Made by a program: the position numbers and the translations under genes
Assembly (NCBI GenBank): GCA_964016885.1
Contig: OZ024742.1
Coordinates: forward strand, 21,204,001 to 21,268,000
Source of the DNA: Eledone cirrhosa
Lineage: Eukaryota
Length of the DNA stretch: 64,000 nt
Reading direction: 5' to 3'
The notes under the pieces: model-generated
What the model saw: only the letters and a program-made list of their open reading frames with translations
What the model was told of the DNA's origin: nothing
Databases searched by the model: none
In this document: positions 30,311 through 43,617 of the stretch, in pieces
Numbering within the stretch: position 1 is the first letter of the stretch
How the letters are laid out: the number at the start of each line of letters is the position of its first letter

Positions 30311-31938
30311 CAGGAGGACATGATATGAAGGCTAAAAAACACTTGTGGATAGTGCAGTTTTAAATCAACATATGAAAAAGTAGTTTTAGATTGATGTGTG
30401 ATATTGGGAAAAATATTTTATTTAGAAAGGGGGGTGGTGGAAAGGATGAAAAAAGGGGAGGAGATGAGAGTGAAGGTGGAGAGGGAGAGATGGGTGATAG
30501 AGGGAAAGAGATAGTTTTTATAACTGAGAGAAGATATACTGTTTTACATAGAGATGTTGAAAACGGTTGGAAGATAATGTATAAATTAAAAGAATTTGAA
30601 AATTAACGAAGGGAAAAATATGTACGAGAAAAAAAAAATTTTATTTAGAGAGGGGGTGGTGGAAAGGATGAAAGTGAAGGTGGAGAGGGAGAGATGGGTG
30701 ATAGAGAGAAAGAGATAGTTTTTATAACTGAGAAAAAATATATTGTTTTACATAGAGAGGTTGAAAACCGTTGAAAGATAATGTATAAATTAAAAGAATT
30801 TGAAAATTAACGAAGGGAAAAATATGTACGAGGAAAGAGAGGGAGTTGATATGTATTGAGATTAAACATTTTGAAGATAGAGAGAAAAAAAAAAATAATT
30901 GCGGATGAATATTCTAACGTCAAAAAAAAGGTGTATGTTTATAAGTATTATGGCAATTTCAAGATTAACGAAGAGAAAAAATTAAGGTTTGTGTATTGAA
31001 GGATTTGAGAAAAATAATGTGAAGTTAAGGTTTGTATATTGAAGGAATTGATAATATGTGCGAAGAAAGAGTTAATATGTATTAAAAAATTATTAAGGTT
31101 TGTGTATTGAAGGATTTGAGAAAAATAATGTGAAGTTAAGGTTTGTATATTGAAGGAATTGATAATATGTGTGAAGAAAGAGTTAATATGTATTAAGAAT
31201 GAGTTAGATGATGGGGAGAAAAAAATAATAAATTAAGGATGAATATTCTAGCGTCAAAAGAATGTGTACGAAGAAGGAGAGGGAGTTAATGTATTGAGAT
31301 TAAAAAGTTTGATGATGGAGAGAAAAAATAATAATAATTGCGGATGAATATTCTAACGTCAAAAAAAGAAATGTATATGTTATGAAGGATTTTACAAGGT
31401 GAAGATAGAATGAGGGTAATGAGTAAACAAGTATTATAGAGTGTATAATACCCTTTGAAGTAAGGTAGGAAGATGGGTATATTTTAAAGAGGTGTATGTA
31501 TATGTGCCTTTGAGAAAAGATTCTAAATTGATAAAGAATTGAATATTAGCTGTATACTTTGTGAAAAGTCCTATGGAATTTATGCAAGCAGATAGAAAAC
31601 AAATCTGTACGTCTATTTATTATAGAATCTAGATTAGAGATAATGGTAAATTTTTCATTTAGGCAGAGATTACAGATTTTAGATAGAGAGCTGTTCAAGT
31701 ATGAGGACGCAGAAGAAACCTTCTTCCAAAAGATGGTATATTTAATGTTTTTGTCTTTCAAGGACCATATGAGTTCTGAGAGAGCCGTGTTTTCCCCTTT
31801 TTTCATCCTTTCCACCCCCCCTCTCTAAATAAAATATTTTTCCCAATATCACACATCAATCTAAAACTACTTTTCATATGTTGATTTAAAACTGCACTAT
31901 CCACAAGTGTTTTTTAGCCTTCATATCATGTCCTCCTG

Positions 31939-32005
31939 TTTTATCTGATGAAAACACAAATATTATTGCATGATGATGTTTGTTTTTGAAATGCGCATAA
32001 TAAAA
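31939..32005 (+). ncRNA. Type I hammerhead ribozyme, family I
   Basis: ttttat-CTGATGA-aaacacaaata...tgtttgttttt-GAA-ATGCGCAT(palindrome)-A-ataaaa. Confidence 0.85.
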
Positions 32006-32155
32006 TACATGGAACTCCTTTAACCATCTTTTGATCTTATATATTATGTATACTCCAGTCCTACAAACTGTAGAGTGCTTCTTATCCGATATCTGCATTG
32101 CTTTATTGTACTACAATAAAACTCACCTCCTACATATATATACATATATATATAG

Positions 32156-32194
<39 letters not shown>

Positions 32195-32606
32195 TATACA
32201 TATATACATACATATATATATAGATACATATATATATATATATACATATATATACATATATATATATACATATATATATAGATACATATATATATATATA
32301 CATATATATACATATATATATATATATACATATATATATAGATACATATATATATATATATACATATATATACATATATATATAGATACATATATATATA
32401 TATATACATATATATACATATATATATATATATACATATATATACATATATATATATATATACATATATATACATATATATATATATATACATATATATA
32501 TACATATATATATATACATATATATATATACATATATATACATATATATACATATATATATATACATATATATACATTATATATATACATATATATATAT
32601 ATATAC

Positions 32607-32799
<193 letters not shown>

Positions 32800-32841
32800 C
32801 ATATATATATAATATACATATATATATACATATATATATAC

Positions 32842-32882
<41 letters not shown>

Positions 32883-32991
32883 AATATATATACATATATA
32901 TATATATATACATATATATAAATATATATACATATATATATATATATACATATATATAAATATATATACATATATATATACATATATATAA

Positions 32992-33034
<43 letters not shown>

Positions 33035-33037
<3 letters not shown>

Positions 33038-33170
33038 CGAAGGAAATGTGGTAAAGAACCAGGTGGACCATAACGCACCAAAGTACTCAATACTTAGGGT
33101 AGTAGACTGGGTAATAGGAACCAGTAAGACCCCGACGGCTGAGCTCAAGCCGTTGGGGGTCTTACTGGTT

Positions 33171-33175
<5 letters not shown>
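33035..33175 (-). mobile_element. 140-bp mini-insertion of the family D 3' end with a 20-nt inverted arm
   Basis: 33035-33154 is approximately the reverse complement of 13703-13823; 33156-33175 matches 13724-13743. Confidence 0.85.
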
Positions 33176-33211
<36 letters not shown>

Positions 33212-33217
33212 ATATAT

Positions 33218-33258
<41 letters not shown>

Positions 33259-33260
33259 TA

Positions 33261-33296
<36 letters not shown>

Positions 33297-33309
33297 CATA
33301 TATATATAT

Positions 33310-34157
33310 TAGTTTTGCGAGGTTTTTTATATGAAATCGTGTGTCAAAACAGATATTGTTATATTTGGGGAGGGTCATATTTGCGTAATATTGCCAGAAT
33401 TAATAACAGAACACACTCACTGTTTGGTTGGTTTTCGCTTCTCGCTGTCTTTTATATATATATATATCTGCGATCTAACTTACTCGGTCCTCAATGTTGC
33501 CATTGACTGACCGGCGGTCAAAAATAATACAGATACAATATAGACAAACACATATATATATAGTTTACATAATTTACATAAATCTTTCGTTGCACATCTG
33601 CAACATCGTCAGTGGTGTTATATTCATTGTTCCTCCTGTTGTGTTGTATGTCTACGCCATTTTTTTTTGTTCAGTCTGTCTATATATTTATTTATTTATT
33701 TGCTTGTTTGTTTATCTTATTTTATTTTGTCTTCTTTGCGCATGCGTTTGCGTGTGTGTATAGTGTTATGTGTGATGTGTGACTAGTGTGTATAGTGTTG
33801 TGTCTGCTGGGTGACTAGTGTGTGTTTATGTGCTTGTGTATGTATTTATTTATCTTATTTTATTTATTTAATTTAATTTACTTATTTATTTATACTTCTC
33901 TTAGGTCAGTGTTGTTTGTTTGGGTGTTGTTGTTGTTCCACTCATTCTTTCTGTTTAGCTTTGGTCTTCTAATTTCTATTTCACTGGCCTCTCTGATTTG
34001 CCTATCTGCTGGGTCATTCCTATGTTTAGATATTATTCTAATTTCTATGTTGTCTATGTTACCGTCATGTTGTTGTCTAGCATGTTCGTATAGTACTGAC
34101 CCGTTTTTTCGTCCTTTTATATGCTACGAGCTGTCTCACCTATGTATGTTGTTGTCT
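33310..34157 (-). mobile_element. 5'-truncated PLE family B copy
   Basis: Highly similar to 48854-49687 with the same 3' end; encodes TTTYIGETARSI. Confidence 0.9.
33576..33616 (-). ncRNA. Hammerhead ribozyme family B
   Basis: acca-CTGACGA-t-gttgca(gatg)tgcaac-GAA-agattt-A-tgt. Confidence 0.65.
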
Positions 34158-34255
34158 TCTCACTCACACACAAGAAAAACAAAAAACAAAAAAAAATAAA
34201 AAAAAATATATATATATTGAAATACTTAACTAAAACACACACACTCAAAACTAGA

Positions 34256-35425
34256 ATGGCTAACCAGCAAAAATCCAAACAGAACTGGTCTGATAATGAA
34301 ATCGACATTCTAATAAACACATGGCATTGCCTTACCCAAACAGATGACATAGATGCTTCATGTCTGAACGACATTGCTAAACGTACAGTTCAACTTTTGA
34401 AAACTCGATCTGAACAACAGATTCAAAATAAATTAAAGCAAATCGAAATTGCTTTTAAATTAATCAATAAACATTTGGATAAACTACGGTGTGTTTTTTC
34501 TTCGAATGCTGTCCAGCAGCAGCAACAACAATAACAGCAGCTACAACGGCAACAACAACAACAGCTACAACAACAACATCAACAACAGCAACAATAACAA
34601 CGACAACAACAACAACAACAGTGTGAACTACGCCTTGATTCATCAACAATGGCCGATCTACTAAATGAAACTATTGACCTCCCAGTAGCCTCTGTCTCAC
34701 AGCAGGAAACGCCACATCCTTTCTCTGGCCCAGCAGTCCAATCATCACCACTGCCAACATCTTCTCTGCCTACTACTACTACTACAACATCTTTGGCTAC
34801 TGCTATTTCAAGGAATTTACCTTCTAATAACAGAACAAGAACTCTCCCTCCCACAGTCCACAAAGGTCGTCAAATCCTACTCAAACCATCATCTACACCT
34901 CTCACAACACACACACCCACATACCCACCCACTCGAAACCCCATCATTTGCCGCTACTCTCTACGCTATAGAATATGTACGGATAGTGGCTGCAAATTCA
35001 CCCATTTACCTAGGACAAAACGATCTATCCCCACAAACAGCCACTACCATAATACATACTCTAATTTAACACCAACACAACCACCAATAACTCAAACAAG
35101 GAGTCCACAAATCTGCCGCATTTCCCTGCGAGACAGATTGTGTTTAGACCGGGATTGTCCCTTTACCCATCTCCCGGGGACCCGTCGGACAAATGAAAAT
35201 AAAATTAAAAATAAAAGCAAAAACAAAAACCATAACCTACATAAAAATAACCACTACCACAGTCACCAACAGTCTTCTAAACAGGAAACTTCTTCCTCTT
35301 TTTTAGCCATAATGAATCTGGCAAAAGAACTGGAAAAAACATTCGAGCTATCACCCAGCACCACCCTCCACTATCACCCCACTGCACAAACTCCCATTGC
35401 TGCCATTAACAAACAAACAAATTAA
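34256..35425 (+). pseudogene. LINE ORF1: Myb/SANT-like N-terminus, polyQ, two CCCH zinc fingers
   Basis: ATG at 34256 is in frame with 34649-35425 and broken only by two CAA>TAA stops in the Gln tract; WSDNEIDILINTW; two C-x8-C-x4-C-x3-H motifs. Confidence 0.75.
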
Positions 35426-38418
35426 CAACACACCAAAACAATTAAAACCAGCCACTCTCGCCTCTACATTTTTGCTTAACGCCCAAGGCATCAGCACTTC
35501 CACCAATACTCAAAAATGGAAGATCAAATTCCTGGAGGACTGGATTGATGTCCATCCAAACCACATCCCTTTCTTCGTCCTCACTGAAACCCATCTCAGT
35601 AACCTCCACTTGGAAGCCGAGGTGAAAGTGAAACATTTCAAAGCCATCCGTGCTGATCGCGCTGGCAGAAGAAAGGGCGGGACTGCCATTTATGTCCATA
35701 ATTCTTTCTCAACAGAGGCTATGAACATATTCACTAATGGATACTGTGAAGCAGTCTCTGTATTCAGTCAAACCAACAACCTAATAGTAGTTGGGCTCTA
35801 TAGGCCACCCCAAACGCCTGTACCATGCTTCAAGGAATGCCTCAACAGCATAAAGTGTTTCATCCAAGAGTGTCACCCTGACAACATCTTAATGATGGGG
35901 GACTTCAACCTCCCCGGAGTTGACTGGTCCACAAACAGCCTGCCACCAGGTTCTTCTGCCTCAACCTCTGACAGGGAAGCAGTGGAATCGCTTCTTGACT
36001 TCATGGATGATTTCTTCCTATCCCAACTGGTGCTCGAAGCAACGAGGTGCCACAAAAACGTCCTAGACTTAATTTTCAGCAACCACACTGACAATATCCA
36101 CAATATTGCAGTGGAGAAAACTCTACTCTCTGATCATGACATGGTTCTCTGTGATCTGAGATTCCACCGTCCAATATACAAACCCAATGTCATCTCTCCT
36201 GTCCATCCGTTTGACGCTATGGATTTCCACAATGCAAACTGGGAAGCGATCAGTCATGATCTTGCACATGTCGACTGGTCCTTCGCGCACACTCATACAC
36301 CCACTAACATCAAAAAGTCCTGGCAGACATTTGTGGACACTGTTACAAACATATGTGCTAAACACACCCCATTAAGAACTATAAACAAATCTAAGAGCAG
36401 AATCCCTAGAAATAGAAAAACGCTCATCAGAAAAATTAAGAGAACGAACAAAAAAATCAACAAGCTGAAATACTGTCAGCAGCAACACATCAACTTGACT
36501 GCCATTTCATCACTAGAGATTAAAAAACATAACCTCCAAAACAACATAATGTCCCTCATCAACAATCAGAGAAGAGCTGAAGAGGCCTGGGCCATTGAGA
36601 AGATCAAACTCAATCCAAAAGTGTTCTTTTCATTTGCAAAAAAAACACAAAATCACTGGCTCTACTGTTGGCCCTCTAATTGATGAAAAAGTCACTCTTC
36701 AAGACAATGCTAAAACCATGGGTGAGATACTGCAGAAACAATACTGCTCTGTTTTCAGCAATCCTGATATGGCCGATCTGGGCTGTATCGGCGATGTTAC
36801 TCCCCATTACACCTTATCGGACATAACGTTTGGCGCCCCTGATGTCTTAGCGGCAATAAAGGAAATCAAGCATAATTCAGCAGTAGGTCCCGATAGGTTC
36901 CCTGCTTGTGTCTTGAAGGCGTGTCAACACCAACTTGCATCTCCTCTTGCCAATCTGTGGTGGAACTCACTAGATGCTGGATATGTGCCAGAAAACCTTC
37001 TATCCCAGTCTGTTGTCCCAGTTTTCAAAAAGGGAAACAAATCCCTTGCCGTGAATTACCGTCCAATCTCACTCACCTCTCATATCATTAAGGTATTTGA
37101 GAGAGTGGTGAGATCGCGAATGACCCACTTCCTTGAGAGTAACAATATGCTGAACTCCAACCAGCATGGATTCCGTAATGGAAGGGATATCCTGACGCAG
37201 CTACTGCATCACTTTGATGACATTTTGAGAGCCTTGGGAGAGGGTTCCAACACTGATGTTATCTACCTTGATTTCAGCAAGGCCTTTGACAGGGTTGATC
37301 ATGACATTCTACTGAGAAAGCTGTCCAATATTGGTGTCACTGGAAAGCTGCTGCAGTGGATCAAGAGCTTCCTGTCAAATAGAACCCAACATGTTGTAGT
37401 TGAAGGAGTCAAATGCAGCCCAACCAAAGTCAGTAGTGGGGTCCCACAAGGCACTGTGTTGGGCCCACTTCTCTTCATCATCTATATTAATGACATCACT
37501 GACATCATCAAACACAGCAACATTAAAATTTTCGCTGATGATTCCAAGCACCAAAAGGTCATCAATGGCGTGGATGACCGGATAAGCCTTCAGTCAGACC
37601 TACTGGCTGTTACCCAATGGGCGGAAAAGAACAACATGTTACTGAACGAAGACAAATTCGAACTGATCCACTTTGGAAAAGAGGATGCTCTGAAACTCCC
37701 GTACTCCCTTCCCTCCGGGGAAACTCTCGTGGCATCTAACAACATCAGAGACTTGGGAGTAACCGTGGACAGCAACATAAACTAGGCCACGCATATAAGA
37801 AGCAAAGTTAACATGGCCCGCAGAATGTGTTCCTGGATCCTCAGAACCTTCCAGTCGAGAGATTCCCACACCATTATCCTTCTCTTCTCTACTTTTGCCC
37901 GACCACACCTTGAATACTGTTGTCCACTGTGATCTCCCCACACGAAACAAAGTATCATGAAACTTGAAGCTCCTCAAAGGGCAATCACGAAAAAGATAGA
38001 TGGCATGTCAGACCTTGACTACTGGGGTCGACTAGAAAACCTGAAACTTTACTCACTCCAACGTCGCCGTGAGCGTTATATTATCTGCATGATGTGGAAA
38101 ATGTTCCATCATCGCTGCCCAAATGATGTTGGCATCGCCTTCAAGATACACCCAAGGCTTGGGCCCCGTGCTATCCGTCCCATTCAAAAATCTAAATCAC
38201 AACTCATAACAACAATACGGCACAATTATTTCACCTCAATCGGCCCTGCTCTCTTCAACATCACACCAGGACGCGTCAAAACAGAAACTGACCACACAAA
38301 ATTCAAGAAGTCTTTGGACAAATTCCTCCAAGTAATCCCGGACAAACCACCCACACCCGGATATGTCTCCGCAAACAGTAATTCTCTTCTCGAATGGGCC
38401 ATGGTGCCCAAATCCTGA
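35397..38418 (+). pseudogene. LINE ORF2: APE endonuclease plus reverse transcriptase
   Basis: LLNAQG, LTETHL, YRPP, MGDFNLP, LDLIFS, SDHDMV; NYRPISLTS, QHGFR, YLDFSKAFD, SGVPQG, FADD; frameshift at the A-run ~36640 and stops at 37783 and ~37930. Confidence 0.93.
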
Positions 38419-38502
38419 ATTGAAAGACTGCGCCAGGTGGTGCTATTAAGTTAGACATGGCCTGGGCCAATACTGGCCAAAACATTTCAAAGTTATTCAA
38501 AG

Positions 38503-38543
<41 letters not shown>

Positions 38544-38589
38544 TAAATACATATATATATATATATATATACATACATATATACATATA

Positions 38590-38682
38590 TACAGCACGTG
38601 GCCCAAGCCTTGGGTGTACACTAAAGGTGATGCCAACATCATTTGGGCTAAGCTGATGGAATATTTTCCATATCATACGGAT
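38590..38682 (-). repeat. Short CR1 fragment
   Basis: Matches 39871-39961. Confidence 0.85.
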
Positions 38683-38870
38683 ACAATTGCAAACTCGACT
38701 GTCACCACATATCATGAAGTTGAAGATTGCGAAAGCATGAAAGTACTTGTTCAATTAACACTTAGAATTTAATATTCTATCATACTATTTCATTATAATA
38801 CCATTATATATATTTTAAAGGATTGTAAATAAAACGAGTAAATCAGACAAAGTTGGAATTCCTTTTATTA

Positions 38871-38913
<43 letters not shown>

Positions 38914-39060
38914 GATAAATCTACCAAGAGTTTACGGTAGTGTCCAATCCGTATGAAGAACTCAATGTATTCCGGATATCATGGAAAGAAGAGATGTAAT
39001 GAAAAGTCACTTTCGGTGAAAGATAAACGGTATACAGAGTCAAGATAAAATATTAAACAT

Positions 39061-39206
39061 ATTTCTGAAGACGGCGTATATATGTGTTGGTATGTATATT
39101 TAATCTTGATAGTTTGTATAATTTTGTATAATTTTGTACATAGATCTGTTGAATATGCATGCCAATTCTAACACATATATATCCTAGAAACGATCGTTAA
39201 TTAATG
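39061..39206 (+). ncRNA. Hammerhead ribozyme family J with ~115-nt stem II
   Basis: attt-CTGAAGA-cggcgtatatatgtgtt...aacacatatatatccta-GAA-ACGATCGT(palindrome)-T-aatt; weak stem I. Confidence 0.7.
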
Positions 39207-39261
39207 AACTTTTTTTGTTTAATATAAGGAACTGTTTCATTGTTTATTCATTATTTGTTTA

Positions 39262-39327
<66 letters not shown>

Positions 39328-39330
39328 TAC

Positions 39331-39381
<51 letters not shown>

Positions 39382-39402
39382 CATATATATACATATATAT
39401 AT

Positions 39403-39513
<111 letters not shown>

Positions 39514-39539
39514 CATATAAATATATATATATACATATA

Positions 39540-42500
39540 TAACTTTGATAACTTTGATAGGTTTCGACCAGTATTGGCCCAGGCCATGTCTAACTTAACA
39601 GCACCACCTGGCGAAGTCTTACGAATCAGTGTTTGGCCACCATGGCCCCCTCGAGCAGACAGTTATTGTTTACTGAGGCATATCCGGGTGTAGCAGGCTT
39701 ATCCGGGATTTCTTGAAGGAACTTATCCAAAGACTTCTTGAACTTGATGGGGCCTGTATCTGATTTGATGTGTTTTGGTGTAATGTTAAAGAGTGCAGGG
39801 CCATTGAGGTGAAATAATTGTGCCGTATTTTTGTTATGTGATGTGAGTGGGATTTTTGTCGTGGGCGGATAGCACGTGGCCCAAGCCTTGGGTGTACACT
39901 AAAGGTGATGCCAACATCATTTGGGCTAAGCTGATGGAATATTTTCCATATCATACGGATAAATAGCGCTCACGGCGACGTTGAAGAGAATAAAGTTTGA
40001 GCTTTTCTAATCGACCCCAATAGGGAAGGCCTGTCATGCCAACTATCTTTTTTGTAATTGACCTTTGGGGTGCTTCAACTTTCATGATACATTGTTTCGT
40101 GTGGGTTGACCACAGTGGACAACAGTATTCAAGATAGGGTCAGGTAAAAGTGGAGAATAGAAGGACACCAGTGTGGATATCTCTCGACTGGAAAGTTCTG
40201 AGAATTCAGGAACACATTCTGCGGGACATATCAACTTTGCTGTTTATATGAGTGGCCCAGTTTATATTGTTGTCCACAATTACTCCCAGGTCTCTGATGT
40301 TATTGGAAGCCACCAGAGTTTCACCCGAAGGAAGAGAGTATGGTAGTTTCAGAGCATCCTTTTTTCCAAAGTGGATTAGTTCAAATTTATCCTCATTCAA
40401 CAGCATATTATTCATCTCTGCCCATTGGATAACAGCCAGTAGGTCTGACTGAAGGCAAGTCGGTCACCCACCTCATTGATGACCCTTTGGAGCTTGGTAT
40501 CATCTGCGAAGATTCTGATGTTACTGTGTTTGATGATGTCAGTAATGTCATTAATGTAGATGATTAAAAGAAGTGTGCCCAACACAGTGCCTTGTGGGAC
40601 GCCACTGCGGACTTTGGCAGGGATTGATTCTACTCCTTCGACTACATGCTGGGTTCAGCCTGTCAGGAAACATTTGATCCACTGTAGTAACCTTACAGAG
40701 ACACCAACTTCGGATAGTTTTTTCAGTAGAATCTTATGATCAACCCTGTCGAAGGCCTTGCTGAAATCAAGGTAGATGACATCAGTGTTGGAGCCCTCTC
40801 CCAAGGCTCTCAAAACATCGTCAAAGTGATGCAGGAGCTGCGTTAGGCAGTCCCTTCCATTATGGAACCCATGTTGGTTGGATTTCAGCAGGCCGTTGCT
40901 TTCAAGAAAGTGGGTTATTCGTGATATCACCACCCTCTCAAATACCTTGATAATATGAGAGGTGAGTGAGATCGGATGGTAGTTCACTGCAAGGGACTTA
41001 TTTCCCTTTTTGAAGACTGGGACAACGGACTGGGACAGAAAGTTTTCAGGAATATAGCCAGTGTCCAGTGAGTTCCGCCACATATTAGCAAGAGCAGTTG
41101 CAAGTTGGTGTCGACATACCTTCAGGACACAAGCAGGGAACTTGTCGGGGCCTACTGCTGAATTGTGTTTAATTTCCTTTATTGCCGCTAAGACATCAGG
41201 GGCGCCAAACGTTATGTCTGATATAGTGTGTTGGGGGTTAATATCACTGATACGGCCCAGATCGGCCATATCAGGGTTACTGAAACAGAGCAGTATTGTT
41301 TCAGCAGTATCTCGCCCGTGGTTTTTGCATTGTCCTGGAGTGTGCCATTTTCATCAACTAGGGGGCCAACAGTGGAGACAGTGACCTTGTGTTTTTTAGC
41401 GAATGAGAAGAACACTTTGGGGTTGAATTTTATTTTCTCAATTTATGGCCCACCTCTGTTCAGCTATTCTCTAGTTATTGATGATGGTCATCATGCATTG
41501 TTGGAGGTTATATTTTTTTTACTCAAGCAGGGTGATAGCCATTGAATGTGCGTGTTGCTGTTGGCAGTATTTTAGTGTGTTAATTTTTTTGTTTGTTCTT
41601 TTTATTTTTCTGATAATTGTTTTTCTGTTTTGGGGGATACTGTACTTGGTTTTTTTCACAGGTTTTGGTGGGGTGTGTTTTGTACATATATTTGTGACAG
41701 TGTCTACAAAGATCTACCAAGATGTTTTGATGTTGGTGGAAGTGTGTGCGTGTGTAAAAGACCAGTCGACATGTGATAGTTCGTTCATAATTACAAACGA
41801 GTTGGCATAGTAGAGATCCATGTTATCAAATGGGTGGGCTGGAGAGAGGACCCTGGGATTAGCTTTCGGCTGGTGGAATCTCAGGTTACAAAGAACCATG
41901 TCATGGTATGTGAGAAGGGTTTTTTCCACTGTAATATATGTATAGTGTTAGTGTGGTTACTAAACACTAGATTCAGAATATTCTTCTGATGCCTCGTTGG
42001 TGCAAGGATTAGTTGTGACAAGAAAAACTCATTCATGAAGTCAAGAAGTGACTCGACAGCCTCTTTGTCAGTGGTTGAGGCTGTGGAGCCTGGTTTCAAA
42101 CTACATGTAGACCAATCGACACAGGGTAGATTAAAGTCTCCCATCAAATGTATGTTGCTAGAATGGCACTGTTTGATAAAGCATTTAATACTGTTGAGGC
42201 ATTCTTTGAAATAGATTATCGGTGTTTGTGGTAGCCTATAGAGCCAAACTAATGTCAGGTCATTGGCTTTATTGTGCACAGTGACTGATTCACAGTATCC
42301 ATTAGAGAATGTTATGTTGCCATCTGCCGTAAAGGAATCATGCAGGAAAATGGCAGTTCCACTCTTCCTTCTGCCAACACGATCCGCACGGATGGTTGTG
42401 ACATTTCTCACTCTTACTTCGGCCTCCAAGTGGAAGTTGTCAAGGTGGGTCTCAGTAAGAATGAAGAAGGGGTGTGAAATGGATGGTTACCAACCCAACC

Positions 42501-42625
42501 CTCAATGAATTGGATCTTCCATTTCTGTGCATTGATGGATGGGCTGATACCTTGTGTATTGAGTAAGAATGTGAAGGCTAATGTGGTGGCTGGTTTTGAC
42601 TGTTGCAGGGGGCTTGTTTTGTGAA
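39540..42625 (-). mobile_element. CR1-clade LINE, related subfamily, ORF2 only, decayed
   Basis: APE and RT motifs across several frames; 3' (TCAAAGTTA)2. Confidence 0.92.
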
Positions 42626-42681
42626 TGTGTATATATATATATGTATATATATATATATAAATATATATATATATGTGTATA

Positions 42682-42724
<43 letters not shown>

Positions 42725-42727
42725 ATA

Positions 42728-42768
<41 letters not shown>

Positions 42769-42771
42769 ATA

Positions 42772-42837
<66 letters not shown>

Positions 42838-42911
42838 AATATATATATGTCCCAAGGCTCTGATACCCTCAACACTATAAACACAGAGCTGGCATATCTA
42901 AGAACTGACTA

Positions 42912-42967
42912 ACTGCCTGATAAGGTCATAGCCATTCAATGGCTATCATCGAAATATATATAGCAGT
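42912..42967 (+). ncRNA. Diverged family A hammerhead (G8A, probably inactive) in a ~170-bp solo element
   Basis: actgc-CTGATAA-ggtcatagcca(ttcaa)tggctatcatc-GAA-ATATATAT-A-gcagt; compensatory C-G to T-A change in stem II. Confidence 0.75.
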
Positions 42968-43546
42968 AAATAAAGGATTACGAGTTCATGCAATTGACTT
43001 ATGTTTCGTCAAAAATACTATATATATATATGTCTATTGAGCACTCTTATTCGATATGTGTATTTCCACATTTTCCCGAATATTTTTCGCGGATGTAGAG
43101 GTTATCTCCCTTGCCGAATTCCATGTGCGTATTTAGCTTGGGTTATGCCATTTCATTCGTTTGGACAAAGCTCATTGAAGAAGTAAATTTTCCTGTCCAC
43201 TGGTATCTAGAAGTCTTATATATTTTTATGTGAGCTGATAGAGAACAGTTTAAGGATTTACAGAAACCCAAGAAGCTAGATTTAACATCTTCCTAGCGGG
43301 TCCGGGTATGCTTTTTACATTCATTTAATTTATTGATTTATTGATTTTTTATCTGAATGTCCCGAATCTTCCGGATCGCAAATTTTCGATCGTACGGTTG
43401 ATTATAGACTTGTTCTATGTGTGAGGGTATTTTAACGATAGTTATAGCTCTGATTTATCTAAATTATGGAGCCCTCTGCCGCTCATATCGAATTTTGTTT
43501 ATCGTGAACTCGTGCGCCGATTTTTCGATACTCGATTATTCTACTA

Positions 43547-43614
<68 letters not shown>

Positions 43615-43617
<3 letters not shown>

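Larger units (their letters stand above)
30202..32135 (+). mobile_element. Truncated PLE (family I): direct 3' end 31794-32135 plus inverted arm 30202-31800 carrying a GIY-YIG tail
   Basis: Minus-strand ORF 31546-31815 TALSELIWSLK..CNLCLNEK..SICLH; 30202-30458 is approximately the reverse complement of 31794-32047. Confidence 0.85.
34160..38505 (+). mobile_element. Apparently full-length CR1-clade LINE (inactivated)
   Basis: ORF1 plus APE-RT ORF2; 3' (TTCAAAGTTA)2 then (TA)n. Confidence 0.93.

Noticed and set aside
35285-35300. TTTTTTAG slippery site for an ORF1-ORF2 -1 frameshift
   Set aside because: ORF2 is in the +1 frame relative to ORF1 in this copy
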